A stretch of DNA of 64,000 nucleotides from a virus: the IMG/VR virus record IMGVR_UViG_3300032116_000031, positions 32,001-96,000 of that record; one strand, written 5' to 3'. Shown here one piece after another: positions 10,884 through 21,208 of the stretch. The notes beneath the pieces are model-generated. The model was not told the origin of the DNA, made no database searches, and worked only from the letters and a program-made list of their open reading frames with translations. Position numbers and translations under genes: made by a program. Each line of letters opens with the position of its first letter. Position 1 is the stretch's first letter.

Positions 10884-13318
10884 TAATCACAGTCATTAAA
10901 ATATTTTTTCAATAAGTTATCTAAGGCATTATTACCTCTAACCAAACCAAAGTAAAAGTAATAGGGATGAATTCTTTTGTGTTGTTCATTTTGAGTGCAT
11001 GGCAAACACTCATCATAATTAAATTCAGCTACATTTTCTAATGTACCAGTATCATCATCGAATTCCCTAAAATAAGCTAAATCAAAACCATTGTTTGTGT
11101 AATTGTTATAATCAAAAACGTTATTAAAATACCTCCAGTTTTCGCAGAGATAACGCCTTAATTCAATATTTAATCTATTGTAACCAACAGGCTCGGTTCT
11201 ACCATTAGTATTAGGATCGTATTCTGGGAAATTATCAAAGTTGCCTTGCAATTCATAATTATTAAATTCAGAATACTCTTCTGTTGATATTTGACTCTTT
11301 AATTGTAGTGCGTTACGATTTACCCTATTAAGAATTACGCCTTCAACATTATATAGTAAGTCACCACCTTCATTTTCTTGATAAGTAGTAGGAGGGAAAT
11401 CTTTAATGATATAAGGTATATTATCAATATCACAAGATGACATTGATCCTAATTCCATAATATTAGTAGCCAACAAAAGTTTGCTTTTTTCTGAAGGATG
11501 TAAATGAACCCAAGTATCTAAATTAGCTTTAACGTCGTGGCGTGCAGCATAATAAAAGAAATCATCGTATTTAAAAATTAAACCCAAATCAACATCTTCT
11601 AATTTACCTGAACTTTTAAATGCGATAGATTCTTTAATTGAAGTTTTTCTACAAGTGTTTCTATAGTTTAGTGGATTATCACTACTTAAACCATCACAAT
11701 CAAAATCACAATACTCTTCCCATTTTTTTGAACCGTTAGTTGTTTTTGATTTATATGCGAACGCTGGAGCATACAAGGATCCAGAAACCCAATCATTATA
11801 AAATGAAAAATTAACCAAGCCCAACGCTTTCGCTAAATTGTTTTTTTGGCAATCGGCCCATGCTTCGGGTTCTAATTCTTCACCGTTACATTCTAACGTA
11901 ATGTCATCAATTAAAAGAAGATTTATTCCTTTAACTATCGTAGAAAATAAACTAATAAAAGCGCTTAAAGTAGCATACAATGGAGATTGTCTAAATTCTA
12001 CTCTATTATATGGGAATGGATAATTAGAATCACATTGATCAATATCCTTTATTGAGATATTATTAAAATTACCTTTTGCGTAATTAGGGATATATTGTGA
12101 TACGGTGTATATTTTTTTCCAAGAAACCTCAAAAAAATCATCATCGTGTGTTTCAGTACCAAATTGAAAACGATTGTAAAGGTTAGGTATCAAAAAAGTA
12201 CCTGCTCTTGAAACACCTTTAAAGAATTTGTAATTAAAATTATCGCTACTAATCCTAAACCTAACTTTTGAAGTGGTAGGTAAACCTTTACTCGGATCTG
12301 AACTTAATACAATATTCCCTAATTCATCAGTTATTACCCTTGTCATATTCATAGGGATTAAAGTAGTAAAATTACCGCTTTCATCTATTTCACTATTAAT
12401 AGGAAAATATTCTACTCCATCAATGAAATCAGAAACTTTCCTAATCATTTCTATATTCCCTTTACTTGGTTTTAAGGAACAATTATTCCCAACCCTAGCA
12501 CTAGGTTTACATCTTCTATTGATTCTCTTACCCTCATCGTCTGTAAAAATAGCACCAAAGAATGTTGCATGAGGTGTTATATCAATAGGTAAGTTAAAAT
12601 TTAATTGTGTTATTCCAATTTCATTTATTGTCCTATCACCCCAAAAAGGTATAATATTAACGGATTGATTCAATGACTGAACTTGAGGTAAAGAATCCAA
12701 ATCTTTACCCTGTTTAAATTTATTAAATGAATTGAAATAGTTAGGAGAAACCCCTTGGGCAATTAAATCATAAGGTCTTAATGATACGAAACCAATGTCG
12801 CTTAAATCAACATCTAAATGAATGTTTTGAGAACCGATAGGTATTCCAACAATCATATAATCACCGCTGATATTCGTTACGGTGTTATATTTATAATATT
12901 TTTCATAAACCTCAATCCAAATCTCGTTATCTAATATCTCATTTTTTTCTGGGAAAGTTCCTATTGGAGTATGGCAACCAGCCTGTTTTTCTTTTGGTAA
13001 TAAATTATACCTAACACCGTCTGGTCCTTTATCATACGGTGTTTTAAAATCATAAAAAGATTTTAATAGAACGTTTGAATCATCTTCTTCGGTAATAGGT
13101 ATAAATACTGATATTTTTGCATTAGGAATCCCGAATCCTCCGTTAGTCGTGACCCTACCAACTAATACTCCATAGTTTGCATCGTGTAATCTATATACTT
13201 CATCAGAATTTAATTTTAAAGAAAGGACTTCTAAAAAATCAAATTTTTGAGATAGGTTTACAACTAAATTAGTGTTTTCTGCTTCGAGGTTCGCTCTTAT
13301 TCTAACGGATTTTTCCAT
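10883..13318 (-). CDS. Putative baseplate-associated protein with N-terminal carboxypeptidase-regulatory-like (Ig-like) domain
   Basis: 811 aa; GVLVGRV...GIPNAKISVF and TNISGDYMIVGIPIG pattern; directly downstream of the wedge gene. Confidence 0.5.
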   Translation of the reverse strand: MEKSVRIRANLEAENTNLVVNLSQKFDFLEVLSLKLNSDEVYRLHDANYGVLVGRVTTNGGFGIPNAKISVFIPITEEDDSNVLLKSFYDFKTPYDKGPDGVRYNLLPKEKQAGCHTPIGTFPEKNEILDNEIWIEVYEKYYKYNTVTNISGDYMIVGIPIGSQNIHLDVDLSDIGFVSLRPYDLIAQGVSPNYFNSFNKFKQGKDLDSLPQVQSLNQSVNIIPFWGDRTINEIGITQLNFNLPIDITPHATFFGAIFTDDEGKRINRRCKPSARVGNNCSLKPSKGNIEMIRKVSDFIDGVEYFPINSEIDESGNFTTLIPMNMTRVITDELGNIVLSSDPSKGLPTTSKVRFRISSDNFNYKFFKGVSRAGTFLIPNLYNRFQFGTETHDDDFFEVSWKKIYTVSQYIPNYAKGNFNNISIKDIDQCDSNYPFPYNRVEFRQSPLYATLSAFISLFSTIVKGINLLLIDDITLECNGEELEPEAWADCQKNNLAKALGLVNFSFYNDWVSGSLYAPAFAYKSKTTNGSKKWEEYCDFDCDGLSSDNPLNYRNTCRKTSIKESIAFKSSGKLEDVDLGLIFKYDDFFYYAARHDVKANLDTWVHLHPSEKSKLLLATNIMELGSMSSCDIDNIPYIIKDFPPTTYQENEGGDLLYNVEGVILNRVNRNALQLKSQISTEEYSEFNNYELQGNFDNFPEYDPNTNGRTEPVGYNRLNIELRRYLCENWRYFNNVFDYNNYTNNGFDLAYFREFDDDTGTLENVAEFNYDECLPCTQNEQHKRIHPYYFYFGLVRGNNALDNLLKKYFNDCD

Positions 13319-13356
13319 ATATGTTAAATATATGAAAAAGTAAAACAGTTTTATCC

Positions 13357-15174
13357 TTAGAAGGCAAAATTAATCTTTATATCTGTTTCAGGGAATTTAA
13401 TTTCATATATTTCATCGTATTCCACGAACAAAGTTTGGTGAAGGCTTAAATCTATTTCCTTTGTAGTCGCATCCACGAAAGGCATTGAAGTTTGATTCAA
13501 TGAGTAATTACCGCCTACTTTATTAAAGATTCTTATAGATGTAACATTTAATACATTACCTATGTTATTTAGGGATTCTATTAAATCAGATAGGTATATG
13601 TTATTTCCAAAATAATTCTGTGTAGAGAAGTAGGATGTTATTTGTTGGACGGCGTTTCTTAAAATTTCTACTTTATCTGAAGTCTTAGTTACATATAAAG
13701 TTATATCAAATCCTATATTAATAATCTTTCCATCCCTAACTAAAATATAATCATTTATTGATCTATATTTTGACAAGTAACTAGCTATATTCTCTTTTAA
13801 GGTAGTTGTAGATTCATTCGTTAATTTTGAATTTTCATCTATACCGCAAATAACAACTTCAATTTTATTATCTAACTTCGCAACAGATGTACGGTATGGG
13901 GCACCGAAATTACCAGACATTAAATTTATTCTGTTATAATAATCTTCCAACGTGATACATCTATTTTGAGCTGAAAAATTAAACTTAATTAGATTTCTTA
14001 ATTCTTCAATGGTTAATTGATCCTTACCCCCAAGTGCAGGTAAAGGATTATTAACTTTAACAGATGCCTTAACCAAGGCGTTTTTAGTTTGATTTGTTCC
14101 ATTAACAATAATGTTAATGTTATTAACGGTATTTAAAACATTTGCACCGATATTCGTTCTAAGACCTCCACCTGTCCTATATTGTATGAATAAAGTGGTA
14201 TTTGTTCTGGGGATTGAACCTAAGCTATTATTATTAATTTCGCCGTCCAACTGCTTAAACAACAAATCATTATTAGCTACATAATCCGAAAAGAAAGAAG
14301 TATCTTGACTTCCATTTCCAAATCTAACAAAACAATACCCTTTATCAGTATATTCAGTCATATACTTATTATAAACAGTCTTCCATTCTCCCACCTTAAT
14401 AGCTGAATTATCAGAAAGAGCTTGTGGTTTCTCAATAAAAACTTGTTTTTCAGCTAAACTGTCTACTTGATACCATTTATTGCTTTCTGTTTCCCATTCA
14501 ACAAGCGTAGGCAATCTACTATAATCAGTGCCATCTAAACTTATTACCCTATCAATAGATATAACATCATTATCAGGTAAAGCTATTTCTAAGAAAGGAA
14601 CTGTATCGCTTGACGTTATTACCTTTTTATAAAATTTAGTAACACCATTAGATACTATCTCTCTTTTTGTGATAGTGTAAGAAACTATATTTCCTGTTGA
14701 ATCAATATTAGGTACAACAGTTCTATTTGGAACACCTGTCTGTGAGAAAGGAGAAGCAAAGTCAACATCATTCAATGTTTCAAAAATTAAGTTTGCTCCT
14801 GTTATTTGTGCGCCTCTTACAATAATAGGGCAATATTGTAAATCAAAACTATTACCGCTTACAGGTAAATCAACTGAAATATCACAAATGGTGATAGACG
14901 GTGACTTAGAAGTGATTTTTAAACCGAAGGTTCTGGCGATAGCATATAAAGAACGTCTTTCTTGAGCATAATCGATATTGTTTTCCTGATACGCTCTATC
15001 CGTATTAAAAGATAACATATCACCCACAGCCGCATTTAACTCTATTAGCATCATGCCTATGCTAGCATCATTAAAATCAACATAATAATCAGGGTAATTA
15101 TTTTTTACAAACGTAACTAACTCATTCCTGATTGAGCGAAAATCTCGGCTATAATAGTTTATCTTTTTTTCCAT
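13357..15174 (-). CDS. Baseplate wedge subunit (T4 gp6 / baseplate J-like)
   Basis: YYSRDFRSIRNEL...DFNDASIGMMLIEL...GDMLSF at the N-terminus, YRTGGG, GGKD...SAQNRCITLEDY. Confidence 0.85.
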   Translation of the reverse strand: MEKKINYYSRDFRSIRNELVTFVKNNYPDYYVDFNDASIGMMLIELNAAVGDMLSFNTDRAYQENNIDYAQERRSLYAIARTFGLKITSKSPSITICDISVDLPVSGNSFDLQYCPIIVRGAQITGANLIFETLNDVDFASPFSQTGVPNRTVVPNIDSTGNIVSYTITKREIVSNGVTKFYKKVITSSDTVPFLEIALPDNDVISIDRVISLDGTDYSRLPTLVEWETESNKWYQVDSLAEKQVFIEKPQALSDNSAIKVGEWKTVYNKYMTEYTDKGYCFVRFGNGSQDTSFFSDYVANNDLLFKQLDGEINNNSLGSIPRTNTTLFIQYRTGGGLRTNIGANVLNTVNNINIIVNGTNQTKNALVKASVKVNNPLPALGGKDQLTIEELRNLIKFNFSAQNRCITLEDYYNRINLMSGNFGAPYRTSVAKLDNKIEVVICGIDENSKLTNESTTTLKENIASYLSKYRSINDYILVRDGKIINIGFDITLYVTKTSDKVEILRNAVQQITSYFSTQNYFGNNIYLSDLIESLNNIGNVLNVTSIRIFNKVGGNYSLNQTSMPFVDATTKEIDLSLHQTLFVEYDEIYEIKFPETDIKINFAF

Positions 15175-15238
15175 TTTTTATTAATATTCAAATAAATATT
15201 AAAAATAAGAATTTTTTCACCTTTTTAAATAATATCAC

Positions 15239-15246
15239 TATATTTG
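15239..15246 (+). promoter_or_regulatory. Bacteroidota sigma-A -7 element (TATATTTG)
   Basis: TAnnTTTG 25 nt upstream of the ATG at 15271. Confidence 0.55.
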
Positions 15247-15270
15247 CAGTTAAATTAAATATTTGTAAAT

Positions 15271-15762
15271 ATGGAATTAGATTACAGTAAATTTTTAACG
15301 CTAGGTAAAGAAATCGAAGAAAGGTTCAGATACAATTTCAATAGATTTCTTATAACTAGCTCATTAGAGGACCAGAAAGGTGTTGACTTAACTTTAAATC
15401 TTACTTTTGATGTAAAGAAAGCTAGAAAGATTAGAAGAAAAGACGATAATGTATCCTATGATAAAATGTGGATAGAATATAAAAACGTCTACGGTAAAAA
15501 GGGATCAATATGTAAAAAGAATTTAGATTTTTTTATAATTGAATCCGAAAACAGTTGGTTAGTTAAAAGCAGAAAGGACGCATACGAATTATTCGTTGAA
15601 CAAGCCAAAGGAAAAGAATTAAAATACTTAGATAGCAAAGTAGAAGTTGAATTATATCAACCATACCGAAGATTAGGTAGAGAAGATGTAATTATGTTAG
15701 TTGAAATGAATAACCCTAAATGGCCGACCGTAATGGATATTCCTAAAGGATTACCCAGTTAA
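15271..15762 (+). CDS. Putative PD-(D/E)XK-family nuclease
   Basis: E...GVD...DVK...WIE motif order; lone plus-strand gene inside a minus-strand structural block. Confidence 0.5.
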   Translation: MELDYSKFLTLGKEIEERFRYNFNRFLITSSLEDQKGVDLTLNLTFDVKKARKIRRKDDNVSYDKMWIEYKNVYGKKGSICKKNLDFFIIESENSWLVKSRKDAYELFVEQAKGKELKYLDSKVEVELYQPYRRLGREDVIMLVEMNNPKWPTVMDIPKGLPS

Positions 15763-16974
15763 AACATTCTTATTAAGAATACGCTGCAAATCGAAATTTA
15801 ATAGCTTCAGGAGATTTTCTTCTCTTACCGCTACCATAGCGTGTTCAGGGTGAATATGTGTTGCCAACACATCCCTCATTAAACTTAATAGCTCAACAAG
15901 GCGATCACCGTAAGGTATTGGATGGCCTTTTTCAGCTAAATTAACAATATCTGCATCTGTAACTAAATCAGGTTGTTTCTTTAAATCAAATTCATTGTTT
16001 AAATGACTAACCAGAAATATTTTATCAGATACAGTTAAAGAAGTTGAAAAATCCAAATACTTTTCAACTAATATATTTTCCTCCCTATTCGTATCTAACG
16101 GTGTTGGAGGATATAATTTAGGTAAAGCAGCTAAAGATGGATCTGTAGAAGTTAGTTTCCACAAAGGATATGTTGACTGTAAAGTTAATAATTGTGATTT
16201 AATCTCTACTACTAATTCATCTTTACTGCTTTTAGTATATCTAGTCGAAGATATTACTTTAATATTTGTAAGATTTGATATGTCTTTAACTATTATTGTC
16301 GCAGCAAAATCGCTTATGAACTGCACCACGAATTCAATTGTAGGATTCTTAAATGTTTTTACATTAAGGTTTTTCTTTTCTACCTTTTTATCTTTTTTCT
16401 CTGGAAAGCTTAATAACTGATACGATGGATTTACTTTATTAAATTTTAAGGGATTATTAAGCTCATGCCCACCTACCCTCAAAAGTAATTGTCTTTCCTT
16501 TAAGAATATATTAACATTATTTCTACCGTTAATTGAAATTTCATCTTTCTTTGCAAAAATACCTTTACTTTCAGCAATAGTAGAAGATTTCTTTGGATAC
16601 TTCAATATACCATCAGGATAATGCCTGTTACTTTCGTAGGCAAAGTCTTGATTTTCTATATTGTATACATTTGAATGTACTACACTGATCCAATATCTTA
16701 TATCTTTACTGTTGTAATTAGAAGTATTATAAACATTCCTAAACATTAAAGTTACTCTTTCACCTACTTTTGGTAGTATTCTGAAGAAGGAAAAATTAAA
16801 TAAAGGGAAACATAAAGGTAAGTCTTCGTCATTTAAAGCAGTGTCTATCTCTTTAATCCTAACCCTAATTATACCATTCTCTTCGCCGTCCAACAAACTA
16901 ACGACTTCCCCTTCAAATATATTTTTACTATAAAAAATATCCGAACGACTACTACTAAATTCAGATGAAAACAT
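15751..16974 (-). CDS. Baseplate spike/hub protein (gp5/gpV-like OB fold)
   Basis: GEVVS..D....GIIRVRI...LPKVGERV N-terminus; C-terminal HxH (THIHP) tip motif. Confidence 0.7.
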   Translation of the reverse strand: MFSSEFSSSRSDIFYSKNIFEGEVVSLLDGEENGIIRVRIKEIDTALNDEDLPLCFPLFNFSFFRILPKVGERVTLMFRNVYNTSNYNSKDIRYWISVVHSNVYNIENQDFAYESNRHYPDGILKYPKKSSTIAESKGIFAKKDEISINGRNNVNIFLKERQLLLRVGGHELNNPLKFNKVNPSYQLLSFPEKKDKKVEKKNLNVKTFKNPTIEFVVQFISDFAATIIVKDISNLTNIKVISSTRYTKSSKDELVVEIKSQLLTLQSTYPLWKLTSTDPSLAALPKLYPPTPLDTNREENILVEKYLDFSTSLTVSDKIFLVSHLNNEFDLKKQPDLVTDADIVNLAEKGHPIPYGDRLVELLSLMRDVLATHIHPEHAMVAVREENLLKLLNFDLQRILNKNVLTG

Positions 16975-16980
16975 AATTCT

Positions 16981-17448
16981 TTAATTTAATTTTTTATAAT
17001 CAGGGTATTTCTCTAAGTCTGCTGCACTAACAGCAAGGTAAGGATTGTTATCTTTTACCAAAATAAAAAAGGGCTCCCTATAATCCTTATACTCATAATA
17101 ATACAAACCTTTCGGAACATCAGATGATCTAAGGTATCTTAAAGTACTTCTAAAGTTTATTAAATCTTCTACTTGGAAACAATTATCAGACTTTACAGTT
17201 TTCTTCATGAAAGTAGTAGTAACTGCCGAATTTCTAACGATAGCTACAAGATATTCATTCATCTTTCTGATAAAAAACAAATTTACAACAAAATTACCTT
17301 TAGGAAATCTAGTGTATTTTAAAGTTTCAACTCTTTTACCAACAGCATCATTTAGTTTCTGACCTAATTCTTTACCAATCAATCTTTCTAAATAACGTTC
17401 ATCAAAGTGAAATGTTGTAAACGCTTCGGATATTAGTACTTTTTTCAT
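16981..17448 (-). CDS. Hypothetical protein (HxxERxxER motif)
   Basis: 155-aa ORF preceded by TATTTAT. Confidence 0.5.
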   Translation of the reverse strand: MKKVLISEAFTTFHFDERYLERLIGKELGQKLNDAVGKRVETLKYTRFPKGNFVVNLFFIRKMNEYLVAIVRNSAVTTTFMKKTVKSDNCFQVEDLINFRSTLRYLRSSDVPKGLYYYEYKDYREPFFILVKDNNPYLAVSAADLEKYPDYKKLN

Positions 17449-17461
17449 AAAAATAAATATT

Positions 17462-17869
17462 CTATTGAATTATTCCTTTACCTATCGCATAACTAGTTGT
17501 TGTACCTTGACTTACCACAGGAACACCCAAGGCAACTCCTGTTGTAGTAACAGGTACACCAGCGGGAATTACTACTGTTACTTTCGCATTTTTGATGATA
17601 TGTTCTACAATTGTTTCTACAATAATATATAAGCCTTTATCATTTAAGGATTCGCTTCCATCAGGTAATAATCCAACAGGTAATCCTAATTTTTGTCTTT
17701 TGTTTAATATTTCTTTTGTAATATCCCTAACCGATAACCCCTTCTTATTATCTGCTCCAAGCAAAATAAGCGGAGCAGGTATGTTAGCTGGCTTGCTAAT
17801 ACCTTTATCTAATAATGAATTCAAAAATTTTATTAATTCATTAATATCACTGAAATCTACGTTCTCCAT
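17462..17869 (-). CDS. Conserved hypothetical phage protein
   Basis: 135-aa ORF coupled to the upstream gene. Confidence 0.5.
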   Translation of the reverse strand: MENVDFSDINELIKFLNSLLDKGISKPANIPAPLILLGADNKKGLSVRDITKEILNKRQKLGLPVGLLPDGSESLNDKGLYIIVETIVEHIIKNAKVTVVIPAGVPVTTTGVALGVPVVSQGTTTSYAIGKGIIQ

Positions 17870-19185
17870 TATATTATTGATAATAATGATCTAATTTGTA
17901 GTATTTGTAATCTAAGTTGTTCCTGTTCTTTTTTGATATTGTTTTCTTGGATAATATCATTTAGTTCTCTAATTATGATAACAACCAAATATCTAATTAC
18001 AGCCTGAATAATTCTTTTCTTTATAATATCAAATAAGAATTTTCTATGCTCCTTAAAGAAATCTTTGAAATCAGAGCCAATATTCACATTAACTGACATC
18101 AAAGCAAACATTCTGATAAAGAGAATGTTCTTAGGTGTTAATATATTTCGAGTAATAGATTTAATTACCGTTTTGAAAAATAACTTAAATAACGTGTCAG
18201 CATACGTTTGCTTATCCGAAGGTAATACCATACCTGAAGTTTGATTAACAAGATAATCAAAGTTGATAGTATAAATTTCTTCATTATATTGAGATACATT
18301 AATTAAATCTGTTACAAATGATTGTAGTAAATCGTAATCATAGCTAACATAATTTACTTCGCAATCTATGAACTCATAATACCCATCTTTCCTCTTCTCC
18401 ACTCTATCGTTTACTTCTTCGGTATCAAAGGTGAAAAAGGAATCATCTACATTAAAGCTGTCTGTTATTCTTTCTAAAATTATCTCTAATTCAACTTGAT
18501 TGTTTAAATTCTTTTTAGAAAAGTTAGCTAGCGTATTCTTTAATTTAGAAGTTAATACCCCAAAATTAGTATCTATTAAATCCGAAACCACAACTATATT
18601 ATCGAAGAACACAGTATTATTCATGTATAGGGTAACAAAATCATATATTGTTTTCCCTTGTAATGAATCATCTAATTTAACATAAAGATCTTGGTTAAGG
18701 TATTTTATGACTAAAATTGATTTCCAATTATATTCTATACCTTGATTATTGATAGCCTGATAAATTAGTTTATCGAGATTATCAGGATAATCAACATAAT
18801 AACTTTTACCTTCTGGGCTATCTGGATCAATTTTCAATAATCCAAAGAAATCTAACTCTGTGATTTTAAAAATTTTAAATTGAAAGAAATGTGAAGGTAT
18901 TAATGTATCTGTTTTACATTGATAATATTTGACTATATTTTCTTTGAAATACTTAAATAAATCGTCATTTAAAAGTTTTAATTCTGAAATTAAGAACTTT
19001 ATGAATTCGGATTTTGCTTTATTACCTCCAAACAATAATACAAATAAATCCAAGATGAAATCCAAGGGGTTTTCTCTGGATACTGATGATAAAGAATCAA
19101 AAGAGATTATCTTTGAAAAAGCTTCATTCGTAGCCTTCAAATTTTCAATTTTTTGAAGCAGGTCCTTTTTAAAGTTTACTGGCAT
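17869..19185 (-). CDS. Hypothetical protein
   Basis: 438-aa ORF. Confidence 0.5.
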   Translation of the reverse strand: MPVNFKKDLLQKIENLKATNEAFSKIISFDSLSSVSRENPLDFILDLFVLLFGGNKAKSEFIKFLISELKLLNDDLFKYFKENIVKYYQCKTDTLIPSHFFQFKIFKITELDFFGLLKIDPDSPEGKSYYVDYPDNLDKLIYQAINNQGIEYNWKSILVIKYLNQDLYVKLDDSLQGKTIYDFVTLYMNNTVFFDNIVVVSDLIDTNFGVLTSKLKNTLANFSKKNLNNQVELEIILERITDSFNVDDSFFTFDTEEVNDRVEKRKDGYYEFIDCEVNYVSYDYDLLQSFVTDLINVSQYNEEIYTINFDYLVNQTSGMVLPSDKQTYADTLFKLFFKTVIKSITRNILTPKNILFIRMFALMSVNVNIGSDFKDFFKEHRKFLFDIIKKRIIQAVIRYLVVIIIRELNDIIQENNIKKEQEQLRLQILQIRSLLSII

Positions 19186-19210
19186 TTTATTTCAAAGATA
19201 ATCCCTTTAT

Positions 19211-19600
19211 TTATAGTTTTAATTTTAAATTCTTACGGATACTTTCCAATTCTTTATCCGTTAATAAAGGTTCGTTATCGGATGTAGAATCTTCTGTTTT
19301 GTCTTTAACCTCATCATTTCTATTTAAGATTGCATTGCCATAAAATTTAACCAAGTCAATTTTATTTTTATTGTTGACATTGATAATATCCAAGGTTTTA
19401 TTAGACAATGAATCTAAAATTTCAATCTCTTTTAGCGTTCGGTTTTCATCACTACCTTCAATCTCTTTGGCCCTTAGAATTTCTTCTTCACGCTTTTTGA
19501 ACATATGTAGCGCCCTTTTTTCTTGACGTTCTAAGTCATTAAAAGTTAATTGGATTCGCTCTAACAAGCCATCTAAACTGGCTGGAATTTTACTTTTCAT
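19211..19600 (-). CDS. Hypothetical coiled-coil protein
   Basis: 129-aa ORF preceded by TATTTATA. Confidence 0.5.
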   Translation of the reverse strand: MKSKIPASLDGLLERIQLTFNDLERQEKRALHMFKKREEEILRAKEIEGSDENRTLKEIEILDSLSNKTLDIINVNNKNKIDLVKFYGNAILNRNDEVKDKTEDSTSDNEPLLTDKELESIRKNLKLKL

Positions 19601-19621
19601 AATCTCGTTTCTTTATAAATA

Positions 19622-20398
19622 TTACAAATCTTCGTCTAAATCCCTTAAAAACTTCCTTTTCTTTTTTGTGTAGAAGTTTTTATAAAATTTTAGACTTTGA
19701 CTTATTTGTGTTGTATTTAGTAAAGTCATGTTTCGGATACATTCCAAAATAAAATTCTTCTTAAATTTTTTAGTGTCGTCTAAATAAATTTTATCCCAAT
19801 TTTTTGTTATCTCAATTATGGCTATCCCGACTTTAATGTCTGACTCTTTCAAGCCGTGTTTTTCAATATTTATATCTAAATTTGAATTATCCAATAAAGC
19901 CTCGATTTCTATAACTATTAGTTCAAAAAATTGGTGCATCAAAGAATCTTCTGTATATTCCTCATCTATAATATCAGCACCTTCATTTACTGTTCTATAA
20001 ACATCATCGTAAAGAATAACTTTCTTTTTATCTTTAGTTTCTTTTTTACGATTATTTTGCAATCTTCTCTTTATTATGGTACCAAAGTAAGAAAAAGATT
20101 TTTTGCCTCTGTCTGGATCAAACATATGGATTTTCATATGTAAGAATGATAAGGTGTCATCAAACAAATCCTTATAAGACATTTTAGCACTATACAATTT
20201 ATAACGATTTATTATTGATTCCGTCATTTTTTCTAAGGGTTTCTTTAACAAATCGTTATAAATTTGATTCTTTTCTTCATCGGAAGAAGATTTTAAGTAT
20301 CTAACAACCGCTTCTTCTTGTTCGGTTGAAAAATAACCTGAAAGCGTATTTATGTCATTAGTATTAGCATTTTTCGGTTTACGTCCTCTTTTAGCCAT
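19622..20398 (-). CDS. Phage sigma factor, T4 gp55-like (late transcription)
   Basis: FDPDRGKKSFSYFGTII matches the sigma region-2 / gp55 signature FDPxKxxxxFxYFTxI. Confidence 0.65.
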   Translation of the reverse strand: MAKRGRKPKNANTNDINTLSGYFSTEQEEAVVRYLKSSSDEEKNQIYNDLLKKPLEKMTESIINRYKLYSAKMSYKDLFDDTLSFLHMKIHMFDPDRGKKSFSYFGTIIKRRLQNNRKKETKDKKKVILYDDVYRTVNEGADIIDEEYTEDSLMHQFFELIVIEIEALLDNSNLDINIEKHGLKESDIKVGIAIIEITKNWDKIYLDDTKKFKKNFILECIRNMTLLNTTQISQSLKFYKNFYTKKKRKFLRDLDEDL

Positions 20399-20425
20399 TA
20401 AAATTAGATTAAAAAATAAAAGGCT

Positions 20426-21208
20426 TTAACCTTCATATGTTATATGTCTGTCTTCACTGAAGAAATATTCTTTTTTTGCTAAGTCTTGATAAAATTTAAT
20501 TTCAAGTTTATCCAAAGAATCATAGTATGCCGTTAGGCTACCTTCTCTCTTGATTCTATGTCTAACCATTAATTTAGGTATTACCATTACTTCGGATAGC
20601 TGATTCAAAATCCTCAAGAAATATTCGTATTCAAAGTATTTTTTGATACTATGTTTATATCCGCCATTATCAATAAATTCAGCTGTTTTGTATATAGCTG
20701 ATGTAAAGGAGAACAAGGACATTTTCTTCAATGTTTCAAAATCCAAATACCCTTGTTTATCTGTATAATTCATACTCCATGCTAATTCATTCACCATATT
20801 AGTAAAGGATTCGCCGTCGAACTCCAAGTTAATAGGAAGGAATACTGATACATTTGGATATGCTTTTGAATACTCTTCTGTGTATGTTACAAAGGTATTA
20901 TTTAATACGTCGTCATATTGTAGTACGGTGAAGTAGGGCGTGGATATGGAGGTTTGGACGGCGAAATTAATGACCTCCGTATAATTTGGATAAAGTTCCC
21001 TCAATTCCTCTGGAAGATCAAGGAAGTTTAATTTCAAGCCAAATGTATTGGATGCTTCTACTTGCTTTTTCAAATCCGCAAAAGTAGCAACCAATATATC
21101 GAAGTCTTTACTATCTTGTTTAGCCAATGACTCAAACATTTCTATAATATAGCTATCTTCGACATCTAGCTTATGAATTGGTATAATTACTGTTAATTTA
21201 TTGCTCAT
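20426..21208 (-). CDS. Glycosyltransferase family 2 (GT-A)
   Basis: LTVIIPIH N-terminus, YFTVLQYDD (DxD-like), GGY...EYEYFLR. Confidence 0.75.
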   Translation of the reverse strand: MSNKLTVIIPIHKLDVEDSYIIEMFESLAKQDSKDFDILVATFADLKKQVEASNTFGLKLNFLDLPEELRELYPNYTEVINFAVQTSISTPYFTVLQYDDVLNNTFVTYTEEYSKAYPNVSVFLPINLEFDGESFTNMVNELAWSMNYTDKQGYLDFETLKKMSLFSFTSAIYKTAEFIDNGGYKHSIKKYFEYEYFLRILNQLSEVMVIPKLMVRHRIKREGSLTAYYDSLDKLEIKFYQDLAKKEYFFSEDRHITYEG

